A stretch of DNA of 42,774 bases from Intoshia linei (taxonomy: Eukaryota; Animalia; Orthonectida): the NCBI GenBank assembly GCA_001642005.1, contig LWCA01000187.1, positions 1 through 42,774 of the forward strand, given 5' to 3'. A model generated the notes under the pieces. That model had not been told where the DNA came from. It made no database searches and saw only the letters and a list, made by a program, of their open reading frames with translations. The translations under genes and the position numbers were made by a program. How positions within the stretch are numbered: position 1 is the stretch's first letter; the number at the start of each line of letters is the position of its first letter. Of this stretch, positions 22,618 to 35,500 are shown piece by piece.

Positions 22618-25460
22618 CTAGGCATAATGCTGAACAATATTTAATTCTTCAATAAATATTTCTAAAAATAACATTAAATTGAAATATTAAAATTACTAAT
22701 GTATGTTACGACTGTTGGGACTCCAAACATCTTATAGCAAGACTTTAAAATTATACACATGTCACGGACCCTTACTGGAAGATGTGTTTAGTGGTAAATT
22801 TTGAAAATTGAATTAATTTGAAAAACATAAAATGGTATATATCAAGTTTTCTATTTTTCATCGGGACGCCATAATATTTGCTTATACACCGATTGATAAA
22901 CACATAAAATAAATATTACCAAATATATACATATCCTTAAAAACTTTCTGATTTTTATCGTAATATATATAATAATGTCGTATCTGTAAGCGTTTGAAGA
23001 CAGGTTTAGGTTTAATAGTTTTAAAAATGCTAATAATTCTTGAATTGTAATGTTTTCGATTATAGGCATTTATATTTAATGGTTCGACCTTCATCATATC
23101 AAAATCTGAAATTAGCCCAAAGATTATACTTCTACCAGACATATTCAATTTCATAATAAGATTATCTCTGAGTTGATGCGATAAAAATATATTAAATGGA
23201 TCATCAATATCGTGCTTCATATAAACATACTTGTTATTTTCTTTAATATGAACAGATTTTCCTAAAGTTTAATATAAAAAATACTTGTATACTTACCAAG
23301 ATAAAATGTATGGTCGGATAGTTTATTCTTGAGATAAACGGGCTTAAGTGGTGTGACATCATTATGTGCTTTATTGTTATATCACAGTGATAATTTTCAT
23401 CCATTTCCATTTCTCCTTGATCTTCAAAGTTTGAAAAATATTTTTCAGCACGCACATCATAGGATATTTCGTCGTTTACAAGTGACGATTTATTGGTTTC
23501 ATTGTTTATTATATTATCGGTATTTGATCCCAAATATTGAAATTTTTCGTTTTCAATAATATTATACATTTTGGTTTTTTTAAACGGCAGAGAGATTCTA
23601 TTGTATCATCTGAAATATAACTTGCATTCAATTGTGATATATCATAATTAAAAATAAACGGTGAAATGGAATTTTGTGTACTTTCGTTTTCCAATTGAAC
23701 ATTTTCAAACATTTTTAAATAGAAATCAACCAAATTTTCAAAAATAAAAGAAAAATTATTATGTTTAAATGCAAACAAACCTAAAATATATTAATTCAAA
23801 ATTAATATTAAAATTACGAGTCAAAGTTTCAATCAACAATATTGCGTATGATTGCAGAAACATTTTTTTACATTTATATTTTAAAAACCAAGAAACAATG
23901 AATATCAAATCTGTATGAAGATGAGTCATTTTCCAAACAGTAAATAATATTAGAAAATTGATCATATCGTAACTAATAATATCTAAACGGATAAAATTTT
24001 CAAAATCATAGTTAAATGAGTAGATCAGTTTGAAAATTATTTTTAGCGAATTTAGGGCCATTTATATTTGCAAATATTGAAAATGATATTAAAAAAATAA
24101 AAATAATTAACCCGAAAAGCAGCCTTCATAATTTTTATGACCCCAAAATAACTGAAAAAGGTAATCATCTCAATAAATCTTGATAAGTTACTTGGATTCG
24201 AATTAAACTTGGATATTATATAATTCAATATTATTTCAATATTATTGTTCATGTTAGTTTTAATAAAAATTTTAGCATCTAAAAAATTAATTGAATTTAT
24301 ATATCATTTTAAATTGGTTTACTTGAAATTTTTATTTTTTTTGCGGGAATTATTATGAAACTAGCAAGCTGATATTGTGGAATAACATATAAATCGTATA
24401 AAGACACAGTAGCATAATATCCAGTCATTGCATCTATTATAACAATGGAATTATAATCTTTTAAATTGTATATATCACATATATGCATTAGTTTGCAATA
24501 TCACTCCAACCATAAGATATTTTTTCACTTGTCTTGTGGTAACAGGCTCAAATGTTTCTTTGTTACAAATTAAAAAATTTCCTAAATCTATAATGCTATC
24601 TTTATTTCATTGTCGAATTGAACCCACACTTCAGAATCGTTTATAACATATGCAATATAACCGTTTACTTTTTTCTTATCAGTAGTAGAGCATTTATTGA
24701 AAATTGAAACGCAGTTGTAAAATTCATTCAAACTGGACCAATTTATCATTTGTATTTGAATTTCTGCAAACAAGGGTAAATTCAGTTCTATCATATCTTT
24801 TGTATTCCAAATCGAATATACATCAATAAATGTATAAACATCAAATTGCACAAATATTTTATTGATGAATGATTTGTAATATAGAAAGAAACTAGTATTC
24901 GGATTCATAATGACATCAGTCAATAGAGATTCAACAGTTTCATCAGTACTAGAATACAAATGGTGCATTTTTAATTTTTCAATGTCAAACATTTCAATCA
25001 TGTGTAAAATAATGTAGAACAATTCAAATTTTTTCAAATAATTACGTGTATAACACATCATTAATTTTCTAAAGGTTTTTAAATAAACTTTTCCTGTATA
25101 CTTTGTCATTGTACAATACAACTTAAAAAGCGGAACCGCCATAGCATTATATTTTAGATATTTTTCTGCACAACAAAATATTTCGTCGATTGTTAATTCA
25201 CTCAAATTTCTATAATCGCTTTGCTCCATATCTAATTTATTCAATATTAATAATAAACGGAGTGATACATCTAAATAAATAATATTATAAATGAACCTAT
25301 TCCGTTTTAACATAAAATGTGCGCTAGAATGTCCCTCGATAGGTATGATTCCTTAGTGCAGTTTAGAAACAAAACAATTCATTTGAAATACGAATTGGAT
25401 TTCAGAGGAATGCAATCGGTTTGTCATACATGTATAAAAATCCCGAATGACACCTGGCTT
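22618..25460 (-). pseudogene. Frameshifted multi-exon gene: helical region + Tudor-like + helical region + Schlafen/AlbA_2-like domain
   Basis: A chain of same-strand ORFs joined partly by GT-AG mini-introns (e.g. ~23781-23818) and partly by frameshifts. The Tudor-like segment is GYIAYVINDSEVWVQ...SIVIIDAMTGYYATVSLYDLYVIP. The AlbA_2-like segment is MKLNMSGRSIIFGLISDFDMMKVEPLNINAYNRKHYNSRIISIFKTIKPKP. The 5' end is not resolved and the domain calls are by eye. Confidence 0.55.
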
Positions 25461-28119
25461 AACTCATATTATAATAAACTAATAAAAAATTTTGATTGTC
25501 AGTTTTTGGTAATTTTTTTTATATTATATCATTATCTATGCTATGGGTTCTTAATCTTTTTCTATTTGCCACCCAAAAATGTAATAAACTTAAATTTGAA
25601 AAATTTTTAATTTTAATTTTAAAAAAAAATATATCGTTTCTGTTTTACAATTTGGTAAATACACTACTCCAATTGGAATACCTGAAACCTGACTATAGAG
25701 ATATACATTAGGGCTGTTCATTTTTTACAAAAATTGATTTTTGTTGAAAATACCCTTTACCACGCTGAAGAGGGTACTTAAAAAACCCTAAAAAATATAT
25801 TTTTAGAAAAATTTACCGTAAAAATATTAAGCGGTTTTTCTTTTTAAGGTTGTCGCGCGCTTTCCCCATTTTTTCTCAATTGGCGCCAATGATTTTATTT
25901 TAAACATGGATAAGATTAATGTACGACCCACTAAGACATATACCAAATTTGCAGTAAAAAAATGACATATTTAACCTCAAAGGGCGTTTTTTCCATAAAA
26001 AGGGGTTTTTGTAATATTGATCAAATATAAAAATTCAAAAATTTATAATTACCAAAAATTTATTTTAACTGTGAAAATTGGAGTGTGTCATTATGAAATT
26101 CAGTTATTTACATTTTAAATACATTTTAATGAAAATAAAGTAATATGAACTCTCTAGAAGCCGAGCTAAAAAATTGAACTGTGTTTATTCTAATCGATTA
26201 ATTTTTATAAAAATTTTATGACGATATGTAAAATGTGACGCAGATTCGTGACAGGTGAGTGTAGTTTTATTGTATTATTATTTTCTGCGTTTTAATTAAT
26301 TAAAATCATAAAAAAAACGAAAATACTTTATTATCTTCAAAAAATAATGATAAATCATAGAAACAATTATTATTGGTGTTGAAATTCAAAGTATTTTAAA
26401 ATTAAAACGAATAATTCTGTTATTATAAAAATGAAATTTTAGTTTAATTTTTACCAATAATTATCTAAATTTTAGCAACCTCTTAGACTAAGAATTTTAA
26501 ATCACGATGAATGAGTTTGATGATATTCACCATATTATTGAATATAAATACATTATTATATTCAACAGTACATTCAAAATTGTTTATCAGAGAATTTTCA
26601 ATTTCAAAGTTTGAAACTCATATATAAAATTTTTTACAATAAAAAAAAATGTTATAAAATAAACTTAAATATCTTTGTAGCGCACGGGTTAAGAATCACA
26701 GTGATTACTGGGCTAATCAGATAATTTTTTAAATATAATAAATTTATAATATTTTTGTTTATTAGAAAGAAATGTATCCATGTTTTTGATTGACTTAGTA
26801 TATAAAATAAATGAAATTATAGGGTTTATCAATAAAAAAATAAATTTTAAATGAATCGCATTAAATTTTATGTAATCGATCAAAATATGTATAATAATAT
26901 TGATACACTAATACAAATGTAATTCTAATTTTCAAATATTAAGACTATACCGTAGCAATGATACGGTATCAGTTACCAGATCAATTTGAAAACTAACAAC
27001 TTCCATTTGAAATATTTATTATTTATAAAGTTTCTTTCTTTCCAAATTATGATTATACGTCAATTTTGTAAATGGTCTCTTTCATAAAGTTTTATTTGTA
27101 AATTGTCCCTTTTGTAAAAGATTTTTTTAATATTATTGAATGAAATTTCTCCACAGCACACCGTTTGAGAAACACTGATCTAGATTCTAGAAGATGGTGA
27201 ATATGACTATATGTCCATTACTGTCGGTATAGCTTCATGGCAGTAGCGGATCTAGGTGGGCGCAGAGGGTTTACCTGTCCAGATTCCGGACTTGCAGTTT
27301 AAATTCTACACTAAAAAAAAGCTATATTGAAAAATGAGCCCCCTGTTAACAAAAAATACACTGAAGCTTTGTCTATCAGTGTCCGTTAGGCCACCAGTAT
27401 TAGCCCAACACAGACGGCAACTTTGCCTTTTATTAACTATTTTCTAATGTATTTTTAATATTTTAATTTAAATGAGCGCCGTTTCATTTGATACATAATG
27501 TATTAATATTTATTATTTTGGTCCAAAAAATCCCGAATCTTCTACTGTTCCTATATTTATAACATTTTTCTGGTGGTTATGGATTTTTATAATTTTTGGA
27601 TAAATCGTTTGCACTACTACACAGAGTTGTCAGAAAATAAATTTATCTTATCGCAGCATTATTAATTATTAATTATAATTATAAACAAATTATAATTTAT
27701 TTATTATTATTTGCAAAGATGTTTAAATTAAATTTAAAACGTGATACAATAATTGAAATTGAAAATTTTTTGTATTGTCAAATTTAACGTTTTATCTAAG
27801 AGTCTAAGGTTTTAATAAAACAATTTAATTAATTTAATTTTTTGATTTTGGTAAAACATTTAAATTAATTATTTAGTAATGTTTTTTCATTTTTTTGACA
27901 AAAGAGAGATTCATGAAACATAAAACTAAACTAAATGAAAATTTATGTTGTTTCTTGAGTTAGTCTTTTAAATTTAATACACACATTGTTCTAATATTTC
28001 AAAAATACAATGTAAAACTTTTTTAATATTCAATTTTAAAACAAGACACCCATTTTACAAGAATTTCGATATGCCCTCCTCCAAAGGAGACACGGTACGG
28101 TATGTTCGGCAATACTCAA

Positions 28120-28806
28120 AGGGTTTGGTAAATTAGATTTTTCTAATAAATATAAATAAAAGGGAATTGTTCAGTTAAGATATAAAGATTGGTAAAACTT
28201 TATTTTTTATCATAAGATTTGGTAAAATCGAGTTTTTCAAGGTAATATTGGTAAAAGGAGATTTTTCCCTTGAGAGTTGGTAAAATTGAATTTTTATTGC
28301 AGTGTTGAAATAAGAGGTTTTACTCATAAAATTTGGTAAAATCAAGTTTTTATATTGGGGTTGGATTAAATTGACTTTTCACATAATGTTTGGTAAAATT
28401 TTTGAAAAAAATTTGAAAAAGGAAATTTTTCTCTTAAGGTTTAGTAAAATTGGATTTTTATATTGGGGTTGGATTAAATTGACTTTTCACATAATGTTTG
28501 GTAAAATCGAATTTTTCAAAAAAATATTGAAAAAAATGGTTTTTTTCCTTTGGAGTTGGTAAAATTAGATTTTTTATTTTTAGGTTAGATTAAGTAAATT
28601 TTTCTCATTAGGTATGGTAAAATCAGATTTTTTAAAAAAATATTGAAAACGTGGATTTTTCCCTAAGGGTGAAATTGCATTTTTTTTTAAATATTATTAT
28701 ATTTTATTAAATTTTATTAATGCCAAGATACAAGTGTGATTTGTTGAAATAATTATGTAGCTGTCGTTTAGGCTTTGAGATAAAATCCCAATATCTGGCA
28801 ACACTG
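28120..28806 (+). repeat. Family C repeat with internal degenerate tandem array
   Basis: More than 10 TTGGTAAAAT(C/T)-type units and an exact ~52-bp duplication (~28347-28398 and ~28455-28507). It ends ATCTGGCAACACTG. It is related to 16540-16963 and, reversed, to 37945-38175. Confidence 0.7.
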
Positions 28807-29297
28807 CTACTACCGTTCATTTATTAAAATGTGATTCTATTTTTAAAATCGATTATGTATGTTACATAATCTTTATCAAAGTGTAAATGTAATTAATATT
28901 AGTAAATATGAAAGAAAATTGTGAAGGAAATGATAAAACATCCTAATTCCTCGTACACGGAATTTTTGGTCTTGAGAATAAAATCTATGCTGTTAACAAA
29001 AAATTTTTGTATATGAGAAAAATTAATGGTTAATTATTAATTAACCAAGACTGGCCGGTATTATTTTTAATAAAAACAAAAAAAAAAGTTTAATTAATAG
29101 ATTATTTTCCATTTCGTTTAGTCAATTACGTAATACAACGTGATAAATGTATTCGTATGTATAAATGCGGCTTGTTTATGAATGAAAAAAGAAATAAATG
29201 ATACTTATTATTATAAAAATAATCAAGAAGTGTAAATACTTTAATAAATAATTGTGTATACTAGTACTATATGTATAACATGACTAATTTAATATAA

Positions 29298-29659
29298 CTA
29301 AAAGTAATCATTTTTCATCAAACCCAAAGATTCTGAATTGAAATCTTCGTCATTCAGATTTTTTTTATCGTTCGCATATATTTGGAATATTTCGGAATAT
29401 TTGTGTAATAAACTTAAAACATCTAGTAAATTTTCGTATTTTTCATTGTCAAAGTTTCTTTTACCTACAGAAACGTGAAAAATATAAAAAATTAATAAAT
29501 TACCTAATCTCAGCATATGTGTCATCCCACTTTTCCTCTTCAACAGACTTGATGGCAACGTCAAATCTCTATGAATAACCATCAATAATACTAAAATATT
29601 GTATATAATGTAAATATATCTCAACCTGAAAATATCATCAAGTATTTCATTTCAAACAT
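29298..29659 (-). CDS. Myomodulin-like (MLRLamide) neuropeptide precursor
   Basis: Hydrophobic N-terminus LRYIYIIYNILVLLMV, then KR-KSGMTHMLRL-G-KR after removing the intron 29465-29503. The ATG is probably split by an intron ending at the TTTTCAG acceptor (29626); that donor is uncertain. Confidence 0.7.
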
Positions 29660-30214
29660 TTCTCACAATGAAAATTTTAGAATGAAAGTTATAAAATCAC
29701 ATAAAATTTATGGTATTTATTATAATCGATATCGATTATTATATTAACATTGAGAAATTAGAAAAATACGTATAATGAATTAATTATTTTATTTGCATAC
29801 TCATCTAAATACACAGATAATTACTGTTAAATTGACAATTTCATGAATATATAAATTAGTTTTGATATTATATAATATTTAATATGTATGTTAATACTTC
29901 ATTCTTAATTTAATAGTGTTATTAACAATGCATGCATAAACGCAGCAAAATTAATATACTAAGTTTTATTGTATCATAAATAATACCACACTATTTTGTA
30001 TATTTAAAAAATAATTGATTTAAAAATTAATTTTATTCTATTAATCAATCATGTTCATCTGGAATTTATAATTAGAAATCGATATCAATTACAGAAAAAT
30101 TTAACAATATATATAAATGTTAACATTTATATCAACTATAATTAACCAATTATGACGGAAACATTTTGTAACTCCAAGTTTATTTTAATTGCATGAGATA
30201 TTTACAATTCTTAT

Positions 30215-30720
30215 TTCTATAATGTGTAAAATATAGCAATGTATGTCCGTTTGTTTGTCCAATTATGTATGTAACCATTTATTCAGAAAGTAATATGTGT
30301 AGACTCTACAAAGTTGTAAAAGCACCAATTTATAATACAGTTTTTCACTGGTGAGGTTATATAGGAAATTTAATTTTTTGAAATTGAGTCACTTAAAATT
30401 AAAAACCCCAATAATCCATTTTTTTAAATTCAAATGAGTTCTAGAATTATAAAAATACAGAATATGATTAAAAATTTTAAAATCATTAACATTATGATAA
30501 ATTTAAATTTCAAAATCTTTTATCTTCACGACCAAAACCACAAATTACCTTTTTTTATTTTTAACTCAAGTTCTAGAATTGTATACAACATAGATTGTGG
30601 TATAGGTTTTGAAATCATAATTAATATAAAAAATGGAAACCTTAAAAAAGTGCATTTTGACGATCAAAACCCAGATTGCCATTTTTTTAAGTTGAATTCT
30701 GATACAGATTTTAAATCACT
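30215..30720 (+). repeat. Highly diverged Helitron-like family A relative
   Basis: GTTTGTTTG microsatellite, TACAGTTTTT, and repeated CAAAACC(A)CA(A/G)ATT(A/G)CC-T-run units as in family A. A separate minus-strand 5' end lies at ~30925-30971. Confidence 0.45.
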
Positions 30721-31202
30721 AATTTTGATTACAAGATTTTGATTTTGGAATTATTAATATTATATTTAAAATGGAAATACAATACAAGTTAAATTATTAA
30801 AATTTTCCCAAGTTTTAGACTTCGAATTCATCTCTTAATGTAAAAATAATTTTCGGTGTATAAACAAATATAAAATAATTGTTAGATAACTAGAAAGTAA
30901 TTTTATTGGTTTTTATAAGGTTAACGCACACACATAAACAAAAATCGCGTAGCCTTTTATATAAGTTAGGATAGTAAATTAAATTTAACTATTTAATTAA
31001 TAATCTATTTTACGGTACAAAGTTTTTTCAGAGGTATCTTCGGGAATACGTGAAAGTGTAAAATCAATGTTTGAAAAATTAAATTGTGGTTACTGTTTTG
31101 GCACACAATATTTAATTTTTAAAGATTTTAACCTTTAAGAGAATACACATAATTATGTGTATTAGAGTTGTGAATTTTTGTATTTTTTTTAAAAAATGCA
31201 AT

Positions 31203-32110
31203 TCTTTATTTATATAAAATTGAAAGTATGTGTGTTACCTTTTATTTAAACAATTGACAGTCGTAGAATTTACACAAACACAATTTCTAATACAGTTTTT
31301 TTGCAGGACGTGTTTATATCTATTTTTCAGTTGGAGAATTTGAGTCCTTTAGGGTCAAAAATACAATTTTCCCTTTTTTTTAAAAATAAAATCATCCCAA
31401 AAATGTAATACAACATACATTCTTGGATGCGTTTTGAAATTATTAATATTATCGTGAATCTCAGCCTCAAAAAACGCACACCTTCATAGTTAAAACAACA
31501 AATTACCCTTTGCTTAAAAAATGACACATTTACTAAAATTATATAAAACAAATTCTAGAATATTTTGTAAAATCATAAACATTATAATAAATGGAAAGTT
31601 CAAAAAAGTGTATTTCACGTCCAAACCCAAGATTACTTTTTTTTTTTAAAAATGAAAATAGTCCTACAATTTAAAAAAAATTGTAATTGAGCAGTTATAT
31701 CTTATTAAAACACATAAAAAATTTCAATCTGATAAAATGACGCCTTCACAACAAAAAAAAACACCTTAATATTAATTTTTTTATTTCGAAGAATTTTATT
31801 AACAAAATACAATTATTTTGTATGTACAAAATAAAATAACGAAACGTAAAACAAAAAATTTGAAATACTTCTGATACATCATTATTCCAGTTAATATAAA
31901 TACAAAATTTATACCCCAAAAATCTACGCATTTCCTGTGAAAAATAAGCTTTAATACGCTATCAACGATTATTTTTAAAAGGTTTGAATTAAAATTGAAA
32001 ATGTAAAAATCATCCTACAATTTCAAAAAAAATGTGCATTGAACGTCTACACATTTTAAATAAAGAAGTATGGGTGGAAATCCATATAATTGATTCCTTC
32101 GGATTTTTTT
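31203..32110 (+). mobile_element. Helitron-like family A, diverged copy
   Basis: Starts TCTTTATTTATATAAAATTGAAAGTATGTGTG. It is colinear with 34297-34927, and its distal end matches the reverse of 4575-4650. Confidence 0.65.
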
Positions 32111-32589
32111 TATTGCTACGCACTATTTCATGTACAAAACATGTACAAATAATATAAAATCAAATAAAATCATGTACAAAACTACTTTAAAAATTATACA
32201 AGTTTAAATTAAAACATAATTTCCAAATAGTGAAAGGGTTACATCTGTGTGGGTGAATAAAATTAGATATATAAATCAGTATTCAAATTACAAAGTAAGT
32301 TTAATCAATATCTCATAAACATGATTACTAGTCATGTTTATCACAGATTAGTGTTCGTTTGTAGCGCAAGCCGTTAACTTTTTATTGACTCATAAATTAT
32401 TTATCGCATCAAATTTAATTGTTTACTGAACAATGTTAAGTCAGTTACGCAACAGAATCGGTTCTAAAATTGTAAGATTGTTGATTCTTTGCAGGTTTGT
32501 TCTCGTTAATAGGGTTATTTGGTACACTCGTTATAAAATTGATACTTACAAATTTCAAAAAATAAAAGTAAATCTTTCATTATCGTTCG

Positions 32590-35500
32590 ATGCACATGAT
32601 TAATAGAACATACGAGAATTTACGCAATATCCAAACTCAATCTTTGACTAGTCAAGATTCTCAAATATCCCAATCTCCTTTATCTGAATGGGGTATTTTG
32701 TTGGGATACAAATCGAATATAAAAAATATGGGTAACATGAATAATATTTATATTTTTTATAATTTTGTCATTCAGTTTTGCATCAAAAACAAAAATATAC
32801 GTTTGGTCGTGGAATTAATTGTGATTATCTTTTTAATGAAAAATGCTTCAACAATTGTAAATCATTTGTACAATGCAGCATAGTTCATTTCAATATATCA
32901 AAGGTTACTTTTTTATTGAATGTACCTTGTAGTATCAAAATAATATTATCAATGATAACTTATCATTAGGGCTAACTTTCTATAATCTATAAAATAAGAA
33001 AAATGTAACCTACAAAAAAAATTATTAAAAATACAATAGATGTTTTTTCAGTTCATTTATATTGGTTATCACTAGGGCACACTTTTTCTAACCCATATAA
33101 AATACATTAAGAATTCAATATGGTCCCCCCTATTATAAATAATTTAAAAAATTAAACATTAAGATTTATTATGGTACAATATTAAATATTTTTTAACGTT
33201 ACTAGATAACAAAATTTCTTTGTTTTGTGAGTAATTTCTTCAGCATGCTAAAATTTCTTTCTACACCGTTAGAAGTTGAAGGACCATTTCTCAATTGGCT
33301 GTACAACGGAGGTTTGGACTGATCCATAGCTAACATAATTTTTTCTATATATAGTTGTATTTCACATGGGTCAGGACTAAATAGCATTTTTTTATTGTAT
33401 AATATGCTTGATTAATAGTAAACGACTCTTTTTCCAAGCTTTTATGGTGTCATCGACAGTGTACACTGTACAGTACAAGTTGGCCGTTCATGTTAGTATT
33501 GATCTTTTTACAATCAAAGAGCATTAGATTATGGGAAAATTTCAAGGCACCAACTATAATATGAATGTACTTCATTATTATTTAAGTCAGTTTCATCCAA
33601 CTTTAAAAAAATCAAATTATTGGAGCAACACTCTTAATTCTTTCAATTTATCTCAAATATAATTGATCGACTTTGCCACGACAGTTATTTTCAGATGGCA
33701 AAGTTTTTCCCATGCTAGCGAACAAATCCTTCAATTTTTTGTTGTTTAATTTATATAAGGATATGTCCACAGACAGAAAAGCTTGTAGAACTTCAATTGT
33801 AAAATCATTTAATTTTGAAAAATGTTCTGATTGAAGCAGATTTATTCAAAGTAACATGTTTAGCTGAACCTCTATCTACCTGTACATAATGTAACTTACA
33901 ACACTGCGACATTACAATTACATTTTATACAATATAAATTGTTCTCTAACTGTTTAAATTCCATTGGATAAAGTTTTAAAATATTATTGATTTTTTCTTT
34001 CCGTGATTTTGGAATTTTTGGCATACTAATTTTACATAATACAGAAATAAAATGAAATTACCTAATTAATAAAAATTAATTTGTAAAATTTTGAATAGAT
34101 GCACGTGTAAAAGTTATAATTTTCAAAATGTAATTTTTGAGATAACGATGTAACTTTATTAACTTTAAAAATGTTTAATTAGCTAATTTATATTGATAAT
34201 ATTGGTGCTTCATGCATGAAATTTAAAACTATTTTACATATCAAAAATTAACTTTATTAACTTTTGCTTGCCCTACTTATCATCAATCGTTATTCATCCT
34301 AACTTATATAAAAGGCTACGCGATTTTTGTTTGTGTGTGTGTTCAACTTTATTTAAATAACTACCCGTCTTAGAATTTTTTAAAGACCACATTTCAATTA
34401 CAGTTTTTTTCGGGACGTATATTAAGATCAATTTCAACCTCCCAATTTCACATCTTACGGGTCAAAAACCCCAGTTGTCCCTCTTTTTGAAAATCAAACG
34501 AGTTGGAGAATTTCAAAAAATTATATCTTCAGGGCCAAAACCACAAATTACCCTTCTTTTTTTAATGAAAACAGCCCTAGAATTTTAAAAAATTTACAGG
34601 TGGTACAGTTGTATCCTGTTAACACAAAAATTTTCAATGCGAATAAGTGACGACTTTACGGTCAAAAAAGCATTTTAGTATTCATATATTTTTTTCTGAA
34701 AAATTTTATTAAAATAAAAAATGTGAAATAATTAACAGTGCGAAAATTAAAAAAAAAAATTATTCTGATAGAGCTTATTCCAGTTGATATAAATACAAAA
34801 TTTCAACCCCAAAAATCAAAGCATTCCCGGTGAAAAATAATTTTTAATATATTATCAACCAATATTTTTCAAATATTTCGAATTAAAATAAAAATTGAAA
34901 TGTAAATATTAATCCTACAATTTCAAATTTTCATTTTCCAAACATTGTCACTTTAGTCCGCAATAAATTTTACAATTTATTACTGGTCCGCGTGAAAACT
35001 TAGTTAGAAGTTAGAACCGGATATATTCAAAAGTTACATTAAATTATATGATTAAATTCACATTTTAGAATAAACACGCCAATTTTGTATATATCACTGA
35101 TGTTAGTAAGAATGGAACATATTTAAATAGAAAAAAAATTGGAAATTCTGAAAACGTCACAATTAACCACAACGATGTTATTTCAATAAACAGCACTGAT
35201 AATGTTTGTAAGATTTTGGAGAATTTGTTTCTAAACATGGTGAACAATGCTCTCTGGGTATGTATGGATTTTCATTTTTTAGAGGGTTTAGAATTCTCCT
35301 TTTCAGTTATTTACAAATGTACATCACAATACTAATTGAAATTTATAATTTAAAATTTAAAATTCTAAATAATTTAGTTTTTACCTATATTGACATAAAA
35401 TCAAGCATGACAAAACTTCCCATACCTTTTAAATTCAAACATCAATATGTGTTTATTAAGGATATTGGACGGTAATCACAATGTATGAATAACCAAATTC

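Noticed and set aside
22780-22900. Non-canonical (AT-AC) intron as an explanation of the frame breaks
   Set aside because: There is no ATATCCTT donor or TCCTTAAC branch site on the coding strand. Single-base frameshifts are the simpler explanation.
25709-27300. Possible further TE ends (TAGGGCTGTTC, TTTGAGAAACACTG, CAGTAGCGGATCTAG) and possible exons
   Set aside because: I could not pair the termini, find TSDs, or obtain a recognisable translation.
27364-27440. GC-richer stretch with GCCTTTTA (U5 loop-like) and AGCTTTG (U4 start-like)
   Set aside because: The surrounding stems and Sm site do not fit. It would need an Infernal/Rfam search.
28120-28680. Repeat-spacer appearance suggesting CRISPR
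   Set aside because: The units are degenerate, the spacers are mutually related, the context is eukaryotic, and there are no cas genes.
35065-35247. Minus-strand 60-aa ORF (also 9048-9323, 18856-19068, 37486-37746, 41445-41651)
   Set aside because: They are antisense to real exons of CHEK2, the SH2 gene, ARMC8, HAT1 and KRR1.
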